DNA of 64,000 nucleotides from positions 32,001 through 96,000 of the forward strand of contig CAVWIP010000001.1 in assembly GCA_963755125.1 (NCBI GenBank), given 5' to 3'. Below the pieces are notes generated by a model that saw only the letters and a list, made by a program, of their open reading frames with translations, was not told the origin of the DNA and ran no database searches. This document shows, one piece after another, positions 1-11,711 of the stretch. Within the stretch, counting starts at the first letter, position 1. Each line of letters begins with the position of its first letter. The position numbers were made by a program, and so were the translations under genes. The stretch comes from an uncultured delta proteobacterium (GTDB lineage: Bacteria > Myxococcota_A > Polyangia > Fen-1088).

Positions 1-2855
<2,855 letters not shown>

Positions 2856-2943
2856 CTGGGCTGGTCAGCGGAACTCGGCTAGAGTCGCAGAAGACAGGTT
2901 GGACGGACTTGCGAAAACGACGAAGGGCGGAGACCATGTGCGA

Positions 2944-3393
2944 ATGACATTACGAGGCCTCCTCATCGTCTGCCTGGTAATCGGGTGCGCCACCGGATAC
3001 CACGAGTCGGGGTTTGGCGGTGGCTATTCGGAACTTCGTCTCAGCGAGAGGGCATGGCAGGTCAGTTTCGCCGGGAATGGCTATACTTCTCCAGAGCGGG
3101 CACATTCGTTTGCGCTTCGCCGAGCCGCGGAGCTCACACTCGCTTCCGGTTATCAAGCGTTCTATATTGCGGGCGAGAACCAGAGTGTCAGGCGGTTGAA
3201 CATCCAACAGCCGGTGAACTGCTATTCAAACGGACCCTATACGAATTGCTCCGGCGGCGGCGTCAACACAATCAACAAACCCAGCGCACGGCTCGACATC
3301 ACGATGGTGACCGCCCAAGAGGCCGCCTTAGCCCCGCCTGGGCATCTCGTGTACGACGCGAAAATGCTTCTCGCGCAGATTCGACCAGAATGA
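2944..3393 (+). CDS. Putative lipoprotein, CC0125/CC1285-like
   Basis: Signal peptide with lipobox LVIGC. GGYSE...WQVSFAGNGYTS...FALRRAAELTL pattern typical of the family. Start ATG 2944 is inferred. Confidence 0.7.
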   Translation: MTLRGLLIVCLVIGCATGYHESGFGGGYSELRLSERAWQVSFAGNGYTSPERAHSFALRRAAELTLASGYQAFYIAGENQSVRRLNIQQPVNCYSNGPYTNCSGGGVNTINKPSARLDITMVTAQEAALAPPGHLVYDAKMLLAQIRPE

Positions 3394-3481
3394 AAATGGA
3401 GTTTCCTGCGTGGGATCCTGAGGGCGCTTGCGCGCTGTAGATAAACGCCGTGACGTCCGCCTTTACCAGCCGGCCGACAAG

Positions 3482-3654
3482 CCGGAGCGTATGGCGCAGC
3501 CGCGCCGAGAACCGCACCGGAGCATACTTGGGTATGTGAGGAGCGGAAGCGCAGGCGCGACAAGCCAGACGCCCGGAGCGCGTGGGGAGCCGGCGAGCTT
3601 TGCTCGCCGCGGACCATCGCGGGAGGGGATGGGAACCCTCCCAGGGTTCCCATC
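3482..3654. repeat. Structured intergenic palindromic element: long imperfect hairpin 3482-3576 plus 77-bp repeat copy A (3578-3654)
   Basis: Hairpins GGCGAGC-TTT-GCTCGCC and GATGGGAACCCT-CCC-AGGGTTCCCATC. Copy A is 62/77 identical to 30036-30112. Confidence 0.85.
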
Positions 3655-3718
3655 ACAATCGTCGGCCGCCGGCCCATCGAAGCGCCAACGCCCCTCCAAG
3701 TAGAAATGGCTTCCCGTT

Positions 3719-4113
3719 GAAGTCCGGCTGTAAGCCGGGTTCTGTGCCCGCGTCCGTTGCCTCGCGCGGGCGATGGTCATTCCTCTAGGCCGCCCGTTGC
3801 CGAGCGGCTCGTGCGACCAACTTGGAACCTGTTCTCGACGCGGGCCACGTCGGCGGGGAAACCCCGCGGCTCCGATTCGGTCTTGCTCCAGGTGGGGTTT
3901 GCCGTGCCCCTCCCGTCACCGGGAGAGCGGTGTGCTCTTACCACGCCGTTTCACCCTTGCCTGTTCGCGCGGTTGCCCGCGCGCCCAGGCGGTTTGCTTT
4001 CTGTTGCACTTTCCTTCGAGTCATCTCGACTGGCCGTTAACCAGCACCCTGCCCAGGGAGCCCGGACTTTCCTCGGCGGCGACCAGCGCCGTCGCGACCA
4101 TCCACCGAACTCC
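3719..4113 (-). ncRNA. rnpB: RNase P RNA (bacterial type A)
   Basis: Minus strand carries GAGGAAAGTCCGGGCTC near the 5' end and ACAGAACCCGGCTTACAG near the 3' end. Complementary termini form P1. TATACT -10 box at 4131-4136. Confidence 0.96.
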
Positions 4114-4161
4114 AGCGGGAAGCCGACCCAAGTATAGCGCGCCCGTGGGCTGCGCCGCCGC

Positions 4162-4905
4162 CTATTCTGGCGATGGGGTGGGGGAGGCCGCTTCCTCTTT
4201 CATGAGATCCTCCCAGTAGACGATGCGGTGGCAGTACGGGCAGGTTTCCAGGGTGTTACCCCGTTGCAAGGTGTTGAAGAGCTGGGGCGGGACATTCATG
4301 TTGCACCCCAGGCAGGTGCCGTTGCGGACCGTGGCCACGGCCAGACCCCGGCGCATGCGGATGGCGCCGTAGCGCTTGAGGTAGTCGGGGCGAATCCCGG
4401 CAGCAATCTTGTCTCGCGTGACCTGCAGGGCGTCGATCTTGCTCTGCACCTCGGCCATCTTGGCGCGGGCGACCTCAGCATCCTTTTCCATCGACGAGCG
4501 GAGACTCTTCAACTCCTCGGCCCGGTCGGCGAGAACTTTCTCCTTGGCCTGGATGGCTTCGACCAGCTTGGCGACCTCGGCCTCGCGCGCCTGCACGCTT
4601 TCGCGGGTCTGTTCGATCTCGCGCTGGGCGGCGACGTATTCCTTCGAGTTCTTGGCCAACGACAACTTGTGCTTGGCGCCGCTGACCGTGGCCTCGTCGG
4701 TCTGAAGCTGGCCCTTCTGCTCGCTGTAGTAGCGTTGGGTTTCGGTCAGTTGCGTGCGTTCGCTGTCCAGCAAGGCTTCGACCCGGGTGAGGTCGTTCTG
4801 TGAAGCTTGCAGTTTCGCTGGGATGGCTTTGAGCGCGTTGTTAAGTTCCTGAATCTGAGCGTCGAACTGTTGCAGTTCTTCCAAACGCTTAAGCTGGTCG
4901 CGCAA
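4162..4905 (-). CDS. C4-type zinc-ribbon coiled-coil protein (CT398/HP0958-like)
   Basis: Long coiled coil followed by CLGC...CPYC. TTG start at 4905 with AGGAGG SD. The ORF-track extension to 4989 overlaps the tRNA and is not used. Confidence 0.9.
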   Translation of the reverse strand: MRDQLKRLEELQQFDAQIQELNNALKAIPAKLQASQNDLTRVEALLDSERTQLTETQRYYSEQKGQLQTDEATVSGAKHKLSLAKNSKEYVAAQREIEQTRESVQAREAEVAKLVEAIQAKEKVLADRAEELKSLRSSMEKDAEVARAKMAEVQSKIDALQVTRDKIAAGIRPDYLKRYGAIRMRRGLAVATVRNGTCLGCNMNVPPQLFNTLQRGNTLETCPYCHRIVYWEDLMKEEAASPTPSPE

Positions 4906-4980
4906 CTGTACCTCCTGAGCGCCTGTTCGAGGTGCTCGTGCTGCTGGTGAGGAGAGCCGTACTGGCGGCTGCGAGTCGAG

Positions 4981-5053
4981 TGGGCCCACCTGGATTCGAA
5001 CCAGGGACCGAGCGGTTATGAGCCGCCAGCTCTGACCGCTGAGCTATGGGCCC
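4981..5053 (-). tRNA. tRNA-Ile2 (CAT anticodon, lysidine type); CCA not encoded
   Basis: GGGCCCA-TAGCTCAGCGGTCAGAGC...GGCGG-CTCATAA-CCGCT...GGTTCGAATCC-AGG-TGGGCCC-A cloverleaf, 73 nt. Resembles ileX-type rather than initiator or elongator Met; the isotype is inferred. Confidence 0.9.
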
Positions 5054-5204
5054 AGCCTTGAAGAAGATTTCTGTCAACAAGAACACGAAGAATACCGATC
5101 CCTACCCGCGCTGTCCAGGTAGGAGTTGCGTCCATAACCCCATGATAGCCGCAGAGGGTCGTGGCCGAGGTCGTGGTCGAAGTGATCGGGGGTACGAGAG
5201 TCGG

Positions 5205-6008
5205 TCACGACAGCTTTCCTGCGAGTACGGCGGCGAGAAGCACCAACCCAAGCGCCACGCGGTATATCACGAACGCGTACGTGGTTCGTGTCCGGAGAAA
5301 GCGCAACAGCCATCGAATACAGAGATATCCTGACACGCCCGCCGCCGCCAGACCAGCGAACAGGGCCGAGGTTCCCACGTCGCGATTGTGCAGCAACTTG
5401 GGAAGCTCGAAGACGGCCGCAGCCGCCACCGCCGGAATTGACAGCAGGAACGAGAAGCGGGCGGCTGCGTCGCGCCGCAAGCCCACGGCCATGGCGACGG
5501 CCAGGGTAATTCCAGACCGCGAAACGCCAGGAACCAGGGCCAGGGTTTGCCCGAGTCCGATGATGAGAGCGTCGCGCAGGGTGAGCGAGTCCATGCCGCG
5601 CTCGTGGCGCGCCAGGCGTTCGACCAGGGCCATCACCAGGCCAACCACGACGAGCGACGTGCCGATGACGGCGAGCGTGCGCAGCGGGCCCTCCACCGCG
5701 TGTCTGAAGAGAATGCCGGCTATGCCGATGGGCACCGTGCCTGCCACCAGATAGAGCGCCATGCGGCCCTCGGGTCCGCGCCGTCGCTTCGCATCGGCCA
5801 GCGCGGTCACCATGCCGAGCAGGTCGCGCGCGAAGAAGAGGATCACGGCCAGCAGGGTGCCCAACTGGATGACCGCGGTGAATGCCGCCCCGCTGTCCGG
5901 CCAGCCGAGCAGGGCTGGCGCGATGCGCAGGTGCGCCGTCGATGAAACCGGCAGAAATTCGGTGAGTCCCTGGATGATGCCGAGAACGATCGACTGGGTG
6001 ATGGTCAA
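5205..6008 (-). CDS. uppP: Undecaprenyl-diphosphatase
   Basis: QGLTEFLPVSSTAH and PGVSRSG motifs; polytopic membrane protein. Confidence 0.96.
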   Translation of the reverse strand: MTITQSIVLGIIQGLTEFLPVSSTAHLRIAPALLGWPDSGAAFTAVIQLGTLLAVILFFARDLLGMVTALADAKRRRGPEGRMALYLVAGTVPIGIAGILFRHAVEGPLRTLAVIGTSLVVVGLVMALVERLARHERGMDSLTLRDALIIGLGQTLALVPGVSRSGITLAVAMAVGLRRDAAARFSFLLSIPAVAAAAVFELPKLLHNRDVGTSALFAGLAAAGVSGYLCIRWLLRFLRTRTTYAFVIYRVALGLVLLAAVLAGKLS

Positions 6009-6038
6009 AGTGGGCGCAGCATAGCGCGCGGACTCCTG

Positions 6039-6842
6039 CTAGCTAGTTTCTCCGGAGACAACGCGGTGGACCTGTCCCGCGTCGTCACGTACCAGCAGGG
6101 CGCCGTCGTCGTCGATGTCAATCGCGATCCCCTCGACCCTGGCCCCGTCGCGATCGATGCGACACACGCGACCGAGATCGGCATGGCGACGCCATGCTTG
6201 CAGGCCCGAGGCGGGGCCGCCAGCCAGGAAATCATCGTAGACGGGCTCGAAGGTAGCCAGGAAATCGATGAGCAACCGGGCGCGGTCGAAGGTGCGGCCG
6301 AGAGCCACGCGCAGCGAGGTCGCACGTTCGGCCAAATCGGGCGGAAATTCCAGTCCGTTCACGTTCAGACCGACGCCCAGCACGATGTGGCGAACCCGGT
6401 CCCCGTCGCTCGCCATCTCGGTCAGGATGCCGGCCACCTTGCGAAGCCCGCCCGGCGCAGGAACTAGCAGATCGTTGGGCCAGCGCAGGCGCGGTGCTGC
6501 TCCGGCCTCGGCCAGCGTGCGCGCCAGTGCTGCACCGGCAAGCAACGTCAGAGGCGTGGCATGGCGTGCAGGTAGGGCAGGGCGGAGCAAGAGAGAGAAA
6601 TACAGGTTTTGTCCCGATGGCGAGTGCCACGAGCGCCCGAGTCGGCCGCGACCGGCGCTCTGGCCATCGGCCACGACCACGAGGCCTTCGGACGCGCCTG
6701 CCGCCGCTCGGCCACGAACCACGTCGTTGGTCGAAGCGCAAGCTGAGAGGAACTCGTAGTCCCTGCCCAGACGTCGGCTGGCTAGCCGCGGGAGCACAAC
6801 CTCTGGCGCCAGGTCGTTTCTGGGCGAGGCGTTCTGGCTCAC
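6039..6842 (-). CDS. birA: Biotin-[acetyl-CoA carboxylase] ligase, no N-terminal HTH
   Basis: STND, QSAGRGRLGRSW, WPND and KVAGIL motifs. Confidence 0.95.
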   Translation of the reverse strand: MSQNASPRNDLAPEVVLPRLASRRLGRDYEFLSACASTNDVVRGRAAAGASEGLVVVADGQSAGRGRLGRSWHSPSGQNLYFSLLLRPALPARHATPLTLLAGAALARTLAEAGAAPRLRWPNDLLVPAPGGLRKVAGILTEMASDGDRVRHIVLGVGLNVNGLEFPPDLAERATSLRVALGRTFDRARLLIDFLATFEPVYDDFLAGGPASGLQAWRRHADLGRVCRIDRDGARVEGIAIDIDDDGALLVRDDAGQVHRVVSGETS

Positions 6843-7714
6843 GCCGGCCGCCCCGCGGGATCTTCCAGGTCCAAAGCCAGATCCACGGCAGGCGCCGAGT
6901 GGGTGAGCGCGCCCACGGACACCAGATCCACGCCCAGCCGGGCAAGCTCAGGGATGCGCGCCAGGGTCACGCCGCCCGAGACTTCCACGAGTGGACGGGG
7001 CTTGACCGCGCGGATCCGCGCCACGCCTTTTTCCAGATCCGTCTCAGTGAAATTATCGAGCAAGACCATGGCAACGCCTGCGCCCAGGACTTCGTCGAGC
7101 TGGGCCAGGTTGTCCACCTCGACTTCGATGTTCAGGCTGTGCGGCACCCGACCCTTGGTCCGGCGTATGGCCTCGCTGACCGATCCAGCGAGCGCCACGT
7201 GGTTGTCTTTGATGAGAACGCCCGAGCCCAGGTCGAAGCGGTGGTTGCTGCCGCCGCCCATGCGCACGGCGTATTTTTCGAGCAGGCGAAAGCCCGGGGT
7301 GGTCTTGCGCGTGTCGGTGATGCGTAGGCTGGTGCCCTTGGCTGCGGCAACAAAGGCTCGCGTCAGGGTGGCAACGCCCGAGAGGCGCTGCAAGAAGTTG
7401 AGCGCGGTCCGCTCGCCGGCCAGCAAGGCTGCGGCCGAGCCCCGATAGGTCGCAACCCGGGTTCCGGGTTCCGCCACGGAACCGTCGGCAATGTGCGTCT
7501 CGATCGCGATCGACGGGTCCAGGCGGCGAAAGACGGCGGCAGCGATGTCCAGTCCGGCCACGGTCAAACCCTGACGGGCGACTAGATGGGCCACAGCCGA
7601 TGCTCCGGGCTCGACCACGGCCTGCGTGGTTGCGTCCCCGCGGCCCAGGTCTTCCTCGATCGCGAGTTCCATGAGCCGCGTCACCGCGGGCGTCAGCAAC
7701 AGGGAATCTGGCAT
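6839..7714 (-). CDS. nadC: Nicotinate-nucleotide pyrophosphorylase (carboxylating)
   Basis: EDLGRGDAT, ERTALN, DTRKTTPG, HRFDL...LIKDNH, LLDN motifs. Confidence 0.97.
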   Translation of the reverse strand: MPDSLLLTPAVTRLMELAIEEDLGRGDATTQAVVEPGASAVAHLVARQGLTVAGLDIAAAVFRRLDPSIAIETHIADGSVAEPGTRVATYRGSAAALLAGERTALNFLQRLSGVATLTRAFVAAAKGTSLRITDTRKTTPGFRLLEKYAVRMGGGSNHRFDLGSGVLIKDNHVALAGSVSEAIRRTKGRVPHSLNIEVEVDNLAQLDEVLGAGVAMVLLDNFTETDLEKGVARIRAVKPRPLVEVSGGVTLARIPELARLGVDLVSVGALTHSAPAVDLALDLEDPAGRPA

Positions 7715-7782
7715 GGAGAGCAGGATAGCCCGGCGGTCCACGGGTTGACTACTCTCCCCTGCACGCGGTAGGTAAGCCCTCC

Positions 7783-8349
7783 ATGCGGGTCATTGCTGGC
7801 GCTGACCGCGGGCGCAAGCTTCGCGCGCCACGTGGAGCCACAACAAGGCCCACCGGGGCGAAGGTGCGTGAGGCCATATTCAACATCCTCGGCCCGCCAC
7901 CTCCGCACCCTATTCTTGATCTATTTGCTGGAACCGGATCCCTGGGGATCGAGGCTCTTTCCCGAGGCGCGGTGGCGGCTGACTTCGTGGAGCGCGATGC
8001 GCGGGCGCTGGGGATCTTGCATCGGAATCTGCGAGACCTCGGGTTTTCCGGGCGGGCGCATGTCGTCGGATCGAGCGTGCTCAGTGCCCTGCACCGCATG
8101 GCCGGCGAAGTGGAGGGCAGGGTCTTCGGCTGGATCTTCGTGGACCCGCCCTATGCGTCGGGAGAGGCAGAGCCAGTCTTGTCGATGCTCGCGGGTGGCG
8201 AGCTTCTGGCCGATGGCGCGGTGATCATCGTCGAACATGACCGACGGCATGTGCCGGCCGAGGTCTTTGGCATCTTGGTCATGACCGACCGCCGTTTCTA
8301 CGGCGACACCGGCGTCTCCTTCTATCGGCCGCAGAGGGGATTGGCCTAG
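7783..8349 (+). CDS. rsmD: 16S rRNA m2G966 methyltransferase
   Basis: MRVIAG...TRPT...[24 protein letters not shown] and DPPY motifs; directly upstream of coaD. Confidence 0.95.
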   Translation: MRVIAGADRGRKLRAPRGATTRPTGAKVREAIFNILGPPPPHPILDLFAGTGSLGIEALSRGAVAADFVERDARALGILHRNLRDLGFSGRAHVVGSSVLSALHRMAGEVEGRVFGWIFVDPPYASGEAEPVLSMLAGGELLADGAVIIVEHDRRHVPAEVFGILVMTDRRFYGDTGVSFYRPQRGLA

Positions 8350-8858
8350 TGTCACGCTCGCGGCCCTTGGCTGTCTATCCGGGGACGTTCGATCCCATCA
8401 CGAATGGCCACGCGGACATCGTGCGCCGTGCCCTCAAGCTCTTCGACCGGGTGGTGGTGGCCCTGGCCGACAACCCGCGCAAGCGGCCGCTCTTCTCTCT
8501 CGTGGAGCGCAAACGCCTGATTCACGAGACCTTGGGGAACGATCCTCGGGTCGAGGTTGATTCGTTGAGTGGCCTGCTCGTCGACTACGTGCGGCGCCGG
8601 GGCGCGAAGTTCGTCATCCGCGGCCTGCGAGCCGTGGCCGACTTCGAGTATGAGTTCCAGTTTGCGCATATGAACCGGCAGCTCGCTCCCGAGGTGGAAA
8701 CCATTTTTCTCATGACCAACGAGGACAATTTTTTCGTATCCTCGTCGCTCGTCCGCGAGGTGGCGGAGATGGGTGGGGACATTGGGCGCGTGGTGCCGGC
8801 AGTAGTCCTTTCTGCATTAAAGAAGAAGTTCAAGAAGCGGAGACAACATGCTGATTAA
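8349..8858 (+). CDS. coaD: Phosphopantetheine adenylyltransferase
   Basis: [32 protein letters not shown] motifs. Confidence 0.98.
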   Translation: MSRSRPLAVYPGTFDPITNGHADIVRRALKLFDRVVVALADNPRKRPLFSLVERKRLIHETLGNDPRVEVDSLSGLLVDYVRRRGAKFVIRGLRAVADFEYEFQFAHMNRQLAPEVETIFLMTNEDNFFVSSSLVREVAEMGGDIGRVVPAVVLSALKKKFKKRRQHAD

Positions 8859-10050
8859 ATTGGCAAAACGTTTATCAGTCGTGGAACCATCCATGACCCT
8901 AAAAGTGACCGCCAAGGCGGCGGAACTGCGTGCACAGGGAGTGGACGTGGTGAGCTTTGGCGCTGGCGAGCCGGACTTCGATACGCCGGCTCACATCAAG
9001 GAGGCAGCCAAGAAGGCACTCGATGCCGGGGCCACCAAGTACACCGCAGTGGAAGGGACGCCGCAACTGCGCAAGGCAGCGGCTACCTGGCTAGGCAAGG
9101 CCCATGGCTTCGAGGTGAACCCCAAGGAGGTCATGGTCAGCGCGGGCGCCAAGCAGTCCCTGTTCAACGCCTTCCACGTGCTGTTGGACGAAGGCGACGA
9201 GATCATTATTCCCGCGCCCTACTGGGTGAGCTACGCCGAGATCGCCAAGCTGGCCGGCGCCAAGCCGGTGCCGGTGGTGTCCCGAGCGGAAGACGACTTC
9301 ATCGTGAACCCCGAAGCGGTGGCCCGGGCGATCACCCCGCGCACGCGCATCATCCTGATCGTATCGCCCAGCAACCCGACGGGTGCGGTCTATGACGAGA
9401 AGACTCTGCGCGCCCTGGCCGACCTGGCGGTGAGGCACGACATCTGGCTGCTCACCGACGACATCTATCGCAGTCTTTGCTACGGCGATGCCCGCTTCGT
9501 GCAGCCGGCCACCTTTAGCCCCGAGGTGCGCAGGCACGCCATCATCGTGGATGGGGTCTCCAAGTCCTTCGCCATGACTGGGTGGCGTATCGGTTTCTGC
9601 GTGGCGCCTCTGCCCGTCATCGAGGGCATGTCGACCCTGCAAAGCCAGTCCACGACCAACGCGGCCGCGGTCAGCCAGGCGGCAGCGGTTGCGGCCCTGG
9701 AGGGCCCGACCGACGAACTGGAGCGCATGCGGCTGGAGTTCGACAAGCGGCGGCAGTTCATGGTGAAGACCCTGCGGGCCATGCCCGGGGTCAAGTGCGT
9801 GGAGCCCAAGGGCGCTTTCTATGCCTTCCCTGACATGAACGCGTTCGTCGGGCGCAGCACGCCCGCGGGCAAGGTCATCGATGGAGATCCGGCCCTGTGT
9901 GAGTACTTCATCGAGGAGGCCAAGGTGGCGGTGGTGCCGGGATCGGCCTTCTACGCCCCTGGCTACGTGCGTCTGTCGTACGCCACCTCGCAAGCCAACA
10001 TCGAGAAGGGCCTGCACCGCATCGGCGAAGCGCTGGCCAAGCTGAAGTAG
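8848..10050 (+). CDS. PLP-dependent aminotransferase class I/II (AspB-like aspartate aminotransferase)
   Basis: [30 protein letters not shown] motifs. Confidence 0.92.
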   Translation: MLIKLAKRLSVVEPSMTLKVTAKAAELRAQGVDVVSFGAGEPDFDTPAHIKEAAKKALDAGATKYTAVEGTPQLRKAAATWLGKAHGFEVNPKEVMVSAGAKQSLFNAFHVLLDEGDEIIIPAPYWVSYAEIAKLAGAKPVPVVSRAEDDFIVNPEAVARAITPRTRIILIVSPSNPTGAVYDEKTLRALADLAVRHDIWLLTDDIYRSLCYGDARFVQPATFSPEVRRHAIIVDGVSKSFAMTGWRIGFCVAPLPVIEGMSTLQSQSTTNAAAVSQAAAVAALEGPTDELERMRLEFDKRRQFMVKTLRAMPGVKCVEPKGAFYAFPDMNAFVGRSTPAGKVIDGDPALCEYFIEEAKVAVVPGSAFYAPGYVRLSYATSQANIEKGLHRIGEALAKLK

Positions 10051-10059
10051 GAGGACTGG

Positions 10060-11442
10060 CTACGACGCGGTATTGACGGAACGCTTGCGGCGTAGCTTTT
10101 CGACCAGGGTCGTGCGGTTGAGCCCGAGCAGCTCGGCAGCGCGATTCTTGTTGCCGCCTGTGCGCACCAGAGCCTCGGCGATCATGCGGTCCTCTACCGA
10201 TTCGAGGATGGCGCGCAGGTCGGTCCGTTCCGTCGGCAGCGGCGTGGGCACCGCGGTGGACGGTTCGTCTTGACCACCGCGCAGCTTGAAGGGCAGATCG
10301 GTCAAAAGGATTTCGCCCGAGCCTTTGAGAATCACCGTGCGTTCGATCAGGTTTTCCAACTCGCGGATGTTGCCCGGCCAGTAGTAGTGCTTCAGGGCAA
10401 ACATCGCGTCAGGGTGGATGCCGGTAACCTTGCGCCGATTCTTCTCGTTGAAGCGCAGGACGAAATGCTCGGCCAGAAGCGGGATGTCAGACGAGCGTTC
10501 GCGCAGGGCGGGCAACTCGATGGGGATGACGTTGAGACGCCAGAAGAGATCAGCGCGGAAGCGGCCGGCCGCCACGTCGTCCTCCAGCTTGCGGTTGGTC
10601 GCGGCTAGAATTCGCACGTCGATCCGTTGGTCGGTTTCGTCGCCAACCGGCCGCAGGACGCCGTCTTGGATCAGGCGCAGTAGCTTGGCTTGCACACCCA
10701 GTTCCATGTCGCCGATCTCGTCGAGCAAGATGGTTCCGCCGCTGGCCTCGGCAAAGCGGCCCATACGCGCGGAGTTCGCACCGGTGAACGCGCCCTTGGC
10801 GTGACCGAACAGCTCGGACTCGACCAGATTGGTGGGGATGGCGGCACAGTTCACCGCCACCAATGGCTTCTTGGCGCGCGATGAACCGGCCACGATGGAT
10901 CGAGCCACCAGTTCCTTGCCCGTGCCAGACTCGCCGGTGAGCAGCACCGTGCAGCTCGTGTCCGACACCTGGGCCAGCAAGCCCAGCACCGCCAGCATGG
11001 CCGGATCCTCGCCCAACAGCCAGGGCGCAGTTCGATCGCGCCACGCCAGAGGGTCGGGGCCAGAATCAGGCGGCGGGGTCTTGGAAATGCCAACGGCGCT
11101 GCCGAGAGCTTCCTCTAGACTGTCGACCGCGACCGGCTTGACCAGGAAATCGCGCGCTCCCAGACGCATAGCGCGAACCGCATCCGGGATCTGCGCGCTG
11201 CCGCTCATCACGATCACTGGCGTCCGCGGGCTCTTGGCGCGCACGGCGTCGAGGATGGCAAACCCATCGGCACCCGGCATGCGCAGGTCTGTGACCACCG
11301 CATCGAAGGTGTAGTGTTCGATCTGGGCCAGGCCGCCCGGGCCGTCCGCAGTCACCACGTCGTAGGCCGCCGAGCGGAGCAGCCGTGCCAGGCTACGGCA
11401 CAAGGGTTCCTCGTCGTCGCAGATCAGAACCTTCGCCGTCAT
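10060..11442 (-). CDS. Sigma-54-dependent response regulator (NtrC family)
   Basis: Receiver domain, GESGTGKE, GAFTGA, WPGNIREL, C-terminal Fis-type HTH. No adjacent histidine kinase. Confidence 0.95.
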   Translation of the reverse strand: MTAKVLICDDEEPLCRSLARLLRSAAYDVVTADGPGGLAQIEHYTFDAVVTDLRMPGADGFAILDAVRAKSPRTPVIVMSGSAQIPDAVRAMRLGARDFLVKPVAVDSLEEALGSAVGISKTPPPDSGPDPLAWRDRTAPWLLGEDPAMLAVLGLLAQVSDTSCTVLLTGESGTGKELVARSIVAGSSRAKKPLVAVNCAAIPTNLVESELFGHAKGAFTGANSARMGRFAEASGGTILLDEIGDMELGVQAKLLRLIQDGVLRPVGDETDQRIDVRILAATNRKLEDDVAAGRFRADLFWRLNVIPIELPALRERSSDIPLLAEHFVLRFNEKNRRKVTGIHPDAMFALKHYYWPGNIRELENLIERTVILKGSGEILLTDLPFKLRGGQDEPSTAVPTPLPTERTDLRAILESVEDRMIAEALVRTGGNKNRAAELLGLNRTTLVEKLRRKRSVNTAS

Positions 11443-11646
11443 CGCAGTCCTCGCTTGGCCACACGCCCGCGTGGCGCGTCGTCCAAAAGTCGTTTTCCAG
11501 AATCCATCAACACGAGGATTTCCTGAGTGTTGCGCCTTCCGGCGCTCCGGTCAAGACAGGCAAGCCCTGACCGCCTATCAGATCGAGCCCGAAAAAGCTG
11601 GATCATTTCGATCACTTACGAAATAGCGTGAAAAATAAGTGGAAAA

Positions 11647-11711
11647 GGGCCCACGGGTCCTCCGAAGTTTGGTTTTTGCCAACTAAACGCAGGAGGTTTC
11701 CCCGTGAGCCC
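11647..11711 (+). promoter_or_regulatory. Hairpin sequestering the transposase RBS and GTG start
   Basis: Nested pairings CACGGG/CCCGTG, CCTCC/GGAGG and GTTTGGTT/AACTAAAC. Confidence 0.75.

Noticed and set aside
3428..4219. Several short ORFs
   Set aside because: They overlap rnpB and the hairpin repeats; no coding signal.
4981..5053. tRNA as an integration site, or functional clustering with tilS
   Set aside because: No duplicated tRNA 3' end or integrase was seen. tilS is 44 kb away, which is unremarkable.
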